This document shows, one piece after another, positions 12,801 to 24,200 of a stretch of 64,000 nt of DNA. The position numbers were made by a program, and so were the translations under genes. Source of the stretch: Anthoceros angustus. Taxonomy: Eukaryota; Plantae; Anthocerotophyta. Position 1 is the stretch's first letter, and each line of letters starts with the position of its first letter. The notes under the pieces were generated by a model. The model made no database searches. It saw nothing but the letters and a program-made list of their open reading frames with translations, and had not been told where the DNA came from. The DNA is taken from positions 400,336 to 464,335 of the forward strand of contig MU008202.1 of NCBI GenBank assembly GCA_010909165.1, given 5' to 3'.

Positions 12801-15099
12801 GCCTTCAGCCTGGCAGCCTGGGCCGCTTTTGTTTGGCCTTGGAGCTTGACCATGCGTCGCCGAGTGGCCTCGACCTCCTGCGTCTTCTCGGAGGCTTGTT
12901 AAAGCCCCCAGGCCATGCCGTCCGCTAGAGCGGTCAAGACCCTCCGAGCTCCTTCGACGGCCGTGGCGGGTGAGCTTCCTTCAAACTCACTTCCTTAAGT
13001 TAGGACTCCAGGGCTTGTCGCTCTTCCTACCGGGCGGACTCTGCTGCCTCTCGGGCTTCTTCCGCCTCACCGGGTCGCCTGCCTTCTGCGTCAGTGCCTT
13101 CTCCGACTCTTGGCTCAAGGCCTGGCGCCTCGGGCTTGGGGCCTCTGCGCTGTTCGATCGTGAAGAGCGGACCTAGCCTCCTGCCTGCTATTCTGCTTCT
13201 CCTCCTCGATTCTTGCTAGGTTTTCCGCCTCACCGGCTGGGCCGCTTTGTTTGGCCTTGAGCTTGACCATGCGCCGAGTGGCCTCGACCTCCTGCCTTCC
13301 TGAGGCTTGTTAAAGCCCCTGTGCCATGCCGTCTGGCCAGAGTCAAGACCCTCCGAGCTCCTTCGACGGCGGGTGAGCTTCCTTCAAACTCACTTCCTGT
13401 TAGGACCTGTGGCTTGTCGCTCTTCCCACCGGCGGACTCGCCTCCTGCTCACCGGGTCGCCTGCCTTCTCGGCACGGCCTTCTCCAGCTCTTGGCTCAAG
13501 GCCTCTGCACAGGCTTGGGGCCTCTGCTTCGATCGTGAAGAGCGGACCTAGCCTCCTGCCTGCTATTCTGCTTCTCCTCCTCGATTCTTGCTAGGTTTTC
13601 CGCCCTCAGCCTGGCAGCCTGGGCCGCTTTTGTTTGGCCTTGGAGCTTGACCATGCGTCGCCGAGTGGCCTCGACCTCCTATGTCTTCTCAGAGGCTCGT
13701 TAAAGCCCCCAGGCCATGCCGTCCACTACAGGAGTCAAGACCCTCTGAGCTCCTTCGACGGCCGTGGCGGGTGAGCTTCCTTCAAACTCCTTTGAAGGTG
13801 TGGGAATCTCTCGGCCCACCAAGGTCTGCCAAACCGCTCGTCGGAGTTAGTCTGGACCAAGCGCTCCGACCTCAATTAGGAGGCCTAGGTCTTCTCCGTC
13901 CTGCACTGGACCTTCCACCTCCTTGGCCCTTTTGGCAACTCCTTTTGTGCCCTCCTACGCTTGGGGTCCGGTGGGGGCGACGGAGTTCGGGATCTGGCCC
14001 GTTTTCCCCTCTTAGTGAGGGAAAGCACTAGTTCGTGGTGCGGCTGCTGCTAATGTCCGCCCGCCCCTTAGGCCGTGTCTCGCTCCGTTCGTCCGACAAC
14101 CAACTTCGCTTCTGCCCACTCTTCATTCACCGGTAGGGGTAGTGGTGCGGCCACCTCCAACGCGGCCACCTCCAACGCCTTCTTCTTCCAGCCCTCCGTC
14201 CTGGTCCGGCGTGGCTCCACTGGGGCGGCTAGGGTTGGCCTTGTCACTGCTGGAGTTGCCCCCACTGGCGCAACTCCTGGCTTTGCCAGAACAATCCCAA
14301 TCCAACTCCAATCTTCCTTGGCCTGATTATGCTGGGTCCAAGGCTCTGCTGTAGGCCTGCTGTCCGGGACTTGCTCCTCCTCATCTCTCCCCGCAATCAG
14401 CAGGTGCATTAACCTCCGGCGGAGTGTGCGCTCCTCCTCACCCTCCTTAAGGAGGTTGTTGTGCCCCCGGACATGTAGGATGAAGGGGGACAACCCCGGC
14501 GAATGCAACTTCCGTGCCTCTTGCTCTATCCGGGCGAAAATGATCCGCCCCCAATCCGCTCGATTCCCCGTCAATGCAGCCTGACCAAGGCTTTGTGGCA
14601 TCCTACGAGGTAGGGCTTCAAGCTTGGAGCTGACGAAAGTGGTGACAAAAGTTTTGCTGACATGCTTGGAGATTGGTCTAGAGGTTGGCCTGGAGGAGAA
14701 ACAGTCTCTGGTTGGGTATTTCTCAAGTTCAAATTGGAGGGTCCAAGAGCTGCATGGTGGGTTTCGAATCCGGTGATAAGCCACTCTTGAGCGTCTTTGC
14801 TAGGTGGACATCTTTGGGTGAGGCGAAACCCAATAGGTTGTCCCCAGAAGATCTACCTTCATGAGCATGTTCCAGAGGACAATAATTTTGGCCACCGCCC
14901 TCCCCCGCTGGTCCTTCATGTTCGACATCAACCACCCATTGGAGGCCCTCTGGGCGTCTGTTCTCAACAGCGCCGCCTTTGCAACCTCCAGCTTCCCCTT
15001 CCCCTTAAGTGGCTCTGGCACCACCCCTCTGATCTCCTCCGCGGGCCGGTTGTACAGCGTCTAAGGCTCAAGGGTCTTTGCTGCTTTCTTGGGGGCCAT
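9855..15099 (-). mobile_element. Degenerate transposon-associated long ORF (probable LTR-retrotransposon accessory ORF): globular N-terminal part plus long coiled coil
   Basis: Starts MAPKKAAK at 15099. Contains GNRADWGRIIFARIEQE...LSPFILHV, then an E/K/R/A-rich helical tract, and ends ...EEAIQQVDSNFAYYHLELL.... A homologous segment recurs at ~63250-63360. No RT or integrase motifs seen. Confidence 0.55.
10950..13790. repeat. Tandem array of ~7 units of ~380-430 bp, encoding coiled-coil-like sequence on the minus strand
   Basis: Anchor (AAA)CTCACTTCCT at 10981, 11408, 11804, 12191, 12572, 12986 and 13389, with a partial copy at 13787. Confidence 0.92.
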
Positions 15100-18094
15100 G
15101 CCGCTACGCTGGTCGCCTCCCTTGCAAAGTAGCTCCGGCGCCGTTGCAACTCCCGTCGTCTTTAACCTCAAAGGAAGAAGGTGCGCTGAGACGACCTGAG
15201 CCCTTGAAGACGGAGCGTTTGAGCGCTGGAAGAGCAACCGCCAGAGGGCCGGGTGACGAAGCACGAGAGACTGAGAGAACTGCCAAGACACCAAGTCTGG
15301 GAGTCTTCTTCTCTCAGCTGCAATTCAGCGGGCGTAATTATCGCGCGGGAAGGTGTCCTTTCGTTGCCAGTAACTACCACCCCTCTGCATCTTGTATAGC
15401 AGTTTCACGCCCGCCGCCTTCTTGGCGCATGTCCTCGGGTCTTGACTACCTACCTGTAACGGCTTCTGGCAAGTGTGTGGTTCTGGCTTTCTGCATGTCA
15501 GACGGCCCCATGCCACCATCCATGTGTCATCCTTCCGTAATTACGACCCACTCTATCGGACTTGCCTTTCTCATCCCCACAGGACCCCCCTTCGGACCTT
15601 CTCCGGTCCTCCTCCGGAGCTGCTCCAGACCCTGCTTTCCTTGATACCTGCGACCATCCTCAGGAGCTCCTCCGGACCTTGCCTATAGCGGAGTTGCTGC
15701 CACTCCTGCGTAACTGGCCAGATAGGCCTTATTATCCACGCGTATCCCTTATTTTTCACACAAAAGGTACGTTCTCGCTTATGTAGTCACCTTGGAAGGG
15801 TGTGACTGTTCACATCTGGGATCTGCTTATCTATCTAGGATGTACCATTCAACAAGAGGAAGTCCAACTCATTCAATAAGGAGCTTCTCCTTTGTCTTCG
15901 TCGCTGCGGTGATAAGCCAGCTCTTGTGTTGGTGGCATCCAGTGTCACGCCTTCATCCAGTGCCACCAACCGTCGCAATATGGCGAGAGGAGTGTCCCCT
16001 CCACTCGCCCTAAGGCCTACGCTCCCTTGGGTGCCTAGGGTAGCATACTCTAGCCCATCCACGCCTCTGCATGCACACAAAGCCACATTGTGGTGTCAGC
16101 TAGACAATTGCATTTGTCTGTATCGCACATGGAAACTAAACCATGCTCACAGGCTGGAAGTCTGGCCATTGCTCATTGACAAGCCTTCCGGAGGGAACCC
16201 GTCCATGAGCAAAAAACACACAAAATAGTTTTTGCCTGTCTGCAGGCAATTTTAAGCACAGAGGGACCACTTGGTTTCATGCCTTTTAAGCAATATCACA
16301 ATGCTTGTCCTGGACCAGCGCAGTCCCTCTTAAATATTCGGAACACAAGGGGGGCAAAAATCACTCGGGAAAAACAACCAGTTTTTTTACGAGCTTTTCT
16401 AAAACATTTGAGGTTGGCCGATACATCAGCGCAAAGCGCATGCTCGTAAAAAACAGCCGACCTACATTTGAAAAAGACATCCGAGTAACTACTTTCAAAA
16501 TGAGGGTCAACCGGCACCATGTAAAGCGTTCAAAGCTAATCTATGTCTATTGGCTCCCCTTATAAACAAACCTTTTGGACAATATTGAGTTTGAAAGGGC
16601 TTTAAAATGTGGATCTTTGAGTGTCTTTTTCATTATAATCAAACTTCTGACACCTGAGAAAACCTTCAAAACCCATAGGCAAGCATATCCTTGGATGAGT
16701 GCACCGGTCGATAGGAGCACTGCTAGTCAAAACGGACGCATCTCGTCTGTTGTCCGACCACGGTGTAATATTGCGACATCCTGTTCGAGAGTGTGGCGCA
16801 ACGCGATAGGCGAAATGGCGAGGCGCACTGGGCGGTGATGTGCATAAGCATTGAAACCTTGGAATCGATGCACAAATATAGAGGTCGAAACGGAAACCGT
16901 GATAATGGAGTGGAGAGGAATGGCGTGGCCGTGGCCACGTGGCTACACAGAGCACCGCAGGGCCACCAGTGGCCGAAGTAGGGAATATTCAGTGGATATG
17001 CGTTGTGACCGGGACGAGAGAATCTCGTCCACCGTCTACTTGGGTCACCGATGACGGGCTAGAGGGGGTCTACACCGGCTCAAGAATAACATTAGAGGGC
17101 TCATTGTGATGGCTTCGGCTATCCGTTGTCATGTACCTTTGCCTTGTTCCATGGCATGTTATGGGAATCAATAATTGAAGCACACCAATGGGGATGGAGA
17201 TGGCGTTCATTTTTTCTAATCTAAAATTCTTCATGCTCACCAGAATGCCAGGCACATATGCTCAAAGGTCCGCCGTCCAAAATCGGTGCGAAATATCCTT
17301 GACCACATAATGCCAATTGTGCTGCCATCGGTAGCGTACCGCGTAGTCTGTCCTTGTGTCCATTCGGACACCCCGTCCACCATGCCGTTCACCCTATTGA
17401 CTCACTTCATTTTGTAGCGGGAAGCGCACCTTCTTCCACAAATCGTGAACCTTATTTAGAAACCATTGCTTTGCTTAAGCGAGGCGGACATGGATTCGTT
17501 TCTGCGTTAGCCTCGTGAAAGTATGTTCTCGTACGTCAGTGGTGGTTTCAGTGGTGGTTTCAGTGGTCAAGATCAGTGGCAAGTGGTGGTTTCAGTGGTC
17601 AAGATCAGTGGCAAGGGAGCGGCTTCGCAGAAGGCTTCAATAAGTGGTTTCTCGCGAGGCTCACAAGTGAGTGATTTTTCTTCTGCCAATAACTTTCCAT
17701 TTAGAGATAAGTGTAGTGTCAAAAAAGGCAAAAAGTAGAATACACAAACGTACATCTAAATCAAAGAAATAATAATTATTTGAGATAAGAGAAAACAGAG
17801 GCAAAAGCTAACAACAAGGCCTACGGATGATGAAGAAACTTAGAAAGACAAAGGTTAGAGAGCTTAGGGATATAAAAAGAGAAAAATTTGCTTAAGGTAA
17901 AATTATTTTTCTTCTTTATCACCACCTCCACCTCTAGCATGTGGTCTCTATTTTGGATCAGCGGTTGACAATGTCTTTCTCTAAGTTCCGGGTTAAATAG
18001 TGTTGAATCTTATAATCCCTGTTGTTCTTTGATGGCCATGTGTGGAGTGTGAATTTGTGTCTAGGGACACCGTGAGGTCCACATTCACCCTCAA

Positions 18095-19846
18095 TGTCGT
18101 TGTAGGCTTAGGATTCGCTCCCAAGGGAATGGTTTGTGCCAAGAGACGCTAACTTCTATCACTACTGACCTTTGTCTAAATCGTGACTCGCCTGCTGTCA
18201 CTCCTCTTACCTATCTACTCAACTGCTACTACCTCCCCGACTTGTCCAACTACCACCGATCTTATTCCTCGACCACAGATCTTATTCCACAACCACCAAT
18301 CTTATTCCACGACCGCAAATCTTATTCCACGATCATGGTGGCTCTCACCACTACCGGTAGTTGTTTGAACCGAGGTGGGTCCCACGCCAAACCCTAGCGA
18401 CTTATTTTCTCAAGACGGCGCCATGGATCTCGCCACAAGGCTACCATCGTGCATGATCGACTTTATTCGTGACTCCACACTTCATGCACACACACACCGA
18501 TTCCTAGGGACCAAAGTTCCACAAATCCCTCTCAACCGCTTCACACACACACAAAGGACGCCACACTCACACAATTCCACAAGGGAACGCTGTTTTCTCT
18601 TGTGCACACTTCCACCAACAGCACCGGTTTGGATCCTCCTTGATCCACACAAATCTCCACTGTTAGACTCTCAATTAGTTCTCCTTCTCAACTCCTCTTA
18701 CACCTCGATCGCAGACAAAGGTTCACCACCCTTCACCCAATCTTCTCTCTCTCTCTCTCCTCTCCACCCACACACACACACACACACACACACTCTCAAT
18801 TTCGAACACAACCAATGTGAACAAGGGTGAAGGAAAGAAGAACCCCAAGGCCACAACAGCGTTACGAGCAAGCTCCAGACCCGCCGCCAATCCCTCGATT
18901 TCCTCCTCCTTTGTCGCCAAGATTGCTCTATCACCCCTCCTCCCTTTGGAGCAAGCTCTCGACCACCCCTAGGAGCGCCTCGCGACACCACCTCCGCTAA
19001 TCTGGACGCTCCAACCAGCCACAAGCGTGGGATCTCAACCAGAGTTATCTCGATGTGAGGGGCACAACCAAGCCCCTTTATACAATTGTCACGCCATAGC
19101 CACCGACTTTCTGTGTCCTAAAACGGTTGAACGCGAAGAGGCGCCCCTACAATTTCGGACGGCCTTAGGTCCAGGATGGCATCCTATCCAAAGTTCTATT
19201 CCTAGGATGCCACTACTCCCGCCCATGTTATCTCCACACCTCCTCCGATTTGGTCGCCTCGCCCTTCGCCCTTGCTGAATTTTATGGGTCCTCCTTCCTC
19301 GTTCTTTGATGGAAAATCCTCCCATAAACTCTCCACTGCTTTTTCCATGATCCCAAGTCCCAGCCTCCTCACCAATCCTCCACTGACCCTCCAATGGTCC
19401 ATATTTGGCCATTGGGCGAAATTTCAGCTGCAACCTTGGGCGCCATGCTCTGCAAAACCCTCACGCCTATACCAATTGCTGATAACTCGCCTCAATCTCC
19501 AACTTGGCCGGGCCCCCTGTGGTTTCTTCCTTCCAGAATCGAGCCCCGCCGCCACTGTGGCCTCGCCTTCATGCCTGCCGAGCTCGTGCCTGTCGAGGTG
19601 TGGAGCTACCCATGCGCGCCTCGTGCCTTTCCGAGTTCCCTTAGGGTTATATTTCCCGGAAATTCTCACCGCCAACCGGCCCGCTACCACTTCTTCTTCC
19701 GCGACCGCCTCCTTCCTTCCACGACCGCCTCCCGCCGCCAACCGCCTTCAAACATAGTCCCCAGACACCCCACGACCACACACCGCTCAACTACCGCTGG
19801 TTCGACCTCTAGCCTACGGACCGCCAAATATGGGGACCCTCCCACA
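18095..19846 (-). mobile_element. LTR-like non-coding element
   Basis: TGT...CCCACA ends, internal ~20-bp repeats (ATCTTATTCCAC.ACC x4 at ~18255-18330), (CT)n/(CA)n tract and reversed TATA-like CCCCTTTATACAA. The terminal motif TGTCGTTGTAGG...TCCCAAGG recurs at ~61955. No TSD or PBS found. Confidence 0.4.
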
Positions 19847-20532
19847 TATATAGACTTTCTATTAGATATTCCGAGACCAAAGGCCAAGGAGTATCGAGTT
19901 CATAGTCTAAGGACCGATTATTATTCAACCCAGGAAACAACCCATAAACTCATAGGTCAAGGACACTTTCTAGTATAAATATCCCTTCCTACTGACAACC
20001 TAGCTCGTTTTGACACCACTCTTAAGCAAACAACAAAAAAAATCACTCAAAGACACATTTCAACAGGGAGTTTACAATACTAGATCGTTTACACCATGCT
20101 AAGTATCCTATCAATATTCATAGTCTAACCCTCAGGCACTTGATGGTCTAAATGATAAATTCTTACTTCCGCAACAAGAAATGTTTCCATATTTTACTTA
20201 TAATAATATACTAGGTATTGTTTTAGTTTTTGTTGTGTATGTACAATAAATGAATATATCAAGAATATTGTTAAAGTGGTATACAAACAAGAATTTTTAA
20301 ATAGAGGAACTCCACAATCAAGTGACTTCCCGGTAATACTCCATCCCTTGTTGTATGGCCCTTTGGGCCCTTTCGAGCCCTACGAGGTGCCTTTGGTAGG
20401 GCCCTCCGGGCCGGATGTATCACAATATAACCGTGTGCATCATAAAGAATTCTTTTGCTAGAATATAGAAGAAGAAGAAGAATTTTATTTAAGTCGACTA
20501 AGGATGGATTTCCGTCATGGGACTTGGTACTT

Positions 20533-20747
20533 GTACCATGGTATGCCTAAGCTACTTGCACCAAGGGCATCACTCCCTTTAGGCACCCCATCTAAGTACC
20601 ATCACCTAAGTACCATGGTGTGCCTAAGCTACTTCCACCAAGGGCATCTACTCCTTTTAGGCACCCCATCTAAGTACCGATCACCTAAGTACCATGTGGT
20701 GTCTAAGCTACTTGCACCAAGGGCATCCACTCCCTTTAGGCACCCCA
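20533..20747. repeat. Tandem repeat, ~78-bp unit, ~2.7 copies
   Basis: GTACCATG...CTAAGCTACTTGCACCAAGGGCATC...AGGCACCCCA starting at 20533, 20610 and 20689. Confidence 0.9.
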
Positions 20748-21228
20748 TTTGGACACACATAGGTATTCTAATTATTTTCAAACCAGGTTATTAGGAGATG
20801 AGTCTGAATATATAATTTAATTTTAAAATATATTATTGTATATATCTATTCATAAAATAATACCCAGGTATTAGCCTAGTTACTTTAGTTAGCGGTTGTA
20901 CTGGTTTGCTACGCTTTGCGCAACATGGACGCAAAACAGGCACTTCCTACATGCATACCCACTGGGCCACTTTCCTGGAAACAAAGCTCGAACGAATGAA
21001 AACAGGGGTGTTATGTATAGACATACGTATCAACGTATGAAGCGAGCAGTGTGGAATGTAGGGCGGGTGAGTCCAGATCGAAAGAGGATGGTCTTGTAGT
21101 TTGTGCAATTCTCCAAGGTGATGGCTGGTTGAGAGCCGGACGCCCCTGGCGGAGCTCGGCAATGCAATTGGGAGTCATGTAAATCACGTTGCTGAAGGTC
21201 AGATCTGGGAAGCAGCGGCTGATCGGAC

Positions 21229-24200
21229 ATGGCAGCAGACCAGTTCGCTGTGGTGGCCGGCAACGTGCGGCTGGGCCGCGTGCTGGCACCGGCCTTGGAC
21301 AAGGTGATCAAGAACACGTCGTGGAGAAAGCATGGCAAGCTGGTGCAAGATTGTAAGCTGGTGCTTGACCGTCTGGCTGCCTCGGAGGACGCAGCGGCTC
21401 CTGCTACGCCTCCGGCTACTCCTGCCACTGAAAAGTCAGTGCAGCAAAACGGGGACTCTGGCATCCACACCCCTGCTGCCACTGTTGACAGTCCGCTCTT
21501 CGATGGCAACCTCCCTTTCAGTCCAGCCGACGCGGAGATGATTTTGCAGCCCTTGTTTTCGGCCTGCGACACCTTGTCCATCAAGGTGGCAGAGCCGGCT
21601 TTGGATTGTTTTCAGAAGCTGATAGCTCATGGTCATTTGCGGGGGGAAATGGATGCTGGAGAGGGCGTGGAAAGCAAGCTCCTTTTGCAGGTGATGGATT
21701 CTGTCTGCAGATGCTATGATCTGGGGGATGAGAACATCGAGCTCCTCGTTCTCAAGACTTTGCTCTCAGCAGTGACATCCACGTCGTTGCGGGTGCACGG
21801 GGACTCCCTCCTCAAGGCTGTGAGGACTTGTTACAACATATATCTGGGCAGCAAAGTGCCGGTCAATCAAACAACTGCCAAGGCCTCCCTGACGCAGATG
21901 CTCGTGATTGTCTTCAGGAGGATGGAAGCCGACTCCTCGACCATACCCGTCCATCCAATTGTAGTGGCTGATCTGATGGAACCTGCAGAGAGGTCGAATT
22001 CCGACACCAATGTTGTGCAGTTTGTCCAAGGTTTCATCACGAAAGTGGTGCAGGACATTGAAGTGGTTCTCAGCCCTTCCCCGTCACTTAGATCTCAGAG
22101 GCATGATGGAGCCTTTGATGTAAAAGCAAGCGATGGCAGCAATCCCACTGACATATTGGAGTCCACCGACAGAGATATGTTGGATGCAAAGTATTGGGAA
22201 ATCAATATGTTCAAGAAGGCCGTGGAGGAAAGGAAAGGCGAGCTTGTGGATGGCGATGGAGATAAGGATGGGGATCTGGAAGTTTTGATCACTAACAAAC
22301 TTCGGAGAGATGCTTTTCTTGTCTTTCGGGCTCTCTGCAAGTTGTCGATGAAGAATCCTCCTCAGGAAGGCGCCGCTGACCAATTTTCCATGCGTGGAAA
22401 AATCATAGCTTTGGAGTTGCTGAAAATATTGCTGGAGAATGCTGGAGCTGTGTTCCGTACGAGTGAGAGGTGAGGGAGGAGTCCTGTATTCGTGCATGTA
22501 AATGGAAACTGACAACAGGTCATGCTCTCGTGCATTTGCCTTTGTGCCTGATGGCCCGTGGGTCTTGCAGATTCTTGGGAGCTATCAAGCAGTACCTGTG
22601 CCTGTCGCTTCTAAAGAATAGTGCATCATCGCTGATGAACATCTATCAGCTCTCTTGTTCAATCTTCATGAGTCTGGTATCCAGATTCAGGGCGGGTCTC
22701 AAAGCTGAAATAGGAGTTTTTTTCCCCATGATAGTTTTGCGAGTGTTGGAGAATGTGGGGCATCCAAACTATCACCAGAAAATGATTGTCCTCCGCTTCT
22801 TGGAGAAGCTTTCGGTGGATCCACAGATTTTGGTAGATATATTTGTCAACTATGACTGCGATGTTGACTCGTCCAACGTCTTTGAAAGGTAAATCTAGGA
22901 GTTTCACTGCCTTTCACTTCAGATCCAGAGGATGTTTGAACTTTTTTATGAATTGGTCCATGTTCTGTGCAGGTTGGTCAATGGGCTTCTGAAAACTGCC
23001 CAAGGGGTTCCTCCAGGTGCAGAGACAACTTTGTCACCACTCCAAGATTCGTTTTTGAAGCTTTCTGCCATGAAATGTTTGGTAGGGGTTCTGCGATCAA
23101 TGGGGGATTGGATGAACCGCCAGTTACGACTGTCAGATTCTCCATACCTAAAGGCCCCAGATTCTGAGGACACCACTGCAGTGGAATCTTCGCTGTCTGT
23201 TTTGGTGACTGTGCAGGAAAATGGGGATGAAAGCAGTGAGGTTACTGAGAATGGGAGTGAAACATCGGAGGCTGCGACTTTTGAACAAAGGCGTGCCTAC
23301 AAGTTGGAGTTTCAGGCAAGCATAAATTGTGGTTAGATAATGTGACTTTGCATCATCTTAGATCATTGTGGAACACTAAATCGAGTCTGCATCTCTACAG
23401 GAAGGCATCTCACTCTTCAACCGCAAGCCTCGAAAGGGGATTGAATTTCTTGTGAAGGCTAATAAGCTAGGTGGAACTCCCGAGGAGATTGCTAACTTCC
23501 TGAAAACTGCCTCTGGCCTGGACAAGAATATGATTGGCGATTATCTGGGGGAAAAGGAGGATTTGTCTCTTAAGGTGATGCATGCTTATGTTGACTCGTT
23601 TGAGTTCCAAAGTATGGAGTTCGATGAGGCAATACGAGCATTCCTACTTGGATTTCGGCTTCCGGGTGAGGCACAGAAAATTGATCGTATAATGGAGAAA
23701 TTCGCAGAGCGCTTTTGCAAGTGCAACCCTAAATTCTTCACAAGCGCTGACACGGCTTATGTCCTTGCTTACTCCGTTATAATGCTTAACACGGATGCCC
23801 ATAATCACATGGTGAAAAATAAGGTGAGTTTCTTGTTCTTTACTTTGGTGTTTCATAGCTAGTGAAGCTTGAATCACTGTCTGATTCCCATCCTGCACAG
23901 ATGTCCAAAGCAGAGTTCATAAGAAATAATCGAGGGATTGACGATGGGAATGACTTACCAGAAGAGTTTATGGACGCCCTGTATGATCGTATTGTCTCAA
24001 ATGAGATAAAAATGAAGTCAGACACTCCGTTTGTTCCAGAAAAGCAGCCTACCAATTTGAACAGGATATTAGGTCTTGACAGCATACTAGGTCTTGTCAT
24101 GCGGAAGCCAAGGGAGGAAAGGGTTCTTGAGACCAGTGATGATGTGATAAAACACATGCAAGAACAATTCAAAGCAAAGGCTGGTCGATCAGAGTAAGTG

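Noticed and set aside
10950-13790. CRISPR-like or satellite interpretation of the array
   Set aside because: Whole ~400-bp units repeat with no unique spacers, no cas genes are present, the context is eukaryotic, and the minus strand shows coding bias.
17070-17460. Possible decayed OB-fold or Helitron-carried gene fragment on the minus strand (VNGMVDGVSEW..., PGILVSMKNFRLEK)
   Set aside because: Multiple stops and shifts, no diagnostic motif and no Helitron ends identified.
18095-19846. Solo LTR with target-site duplication
   Set aside because: Flanks do not match (CTCAA or GTCGT versus TATAT) and no PBS was found, so it is kept only as low-confidence LTR-like.
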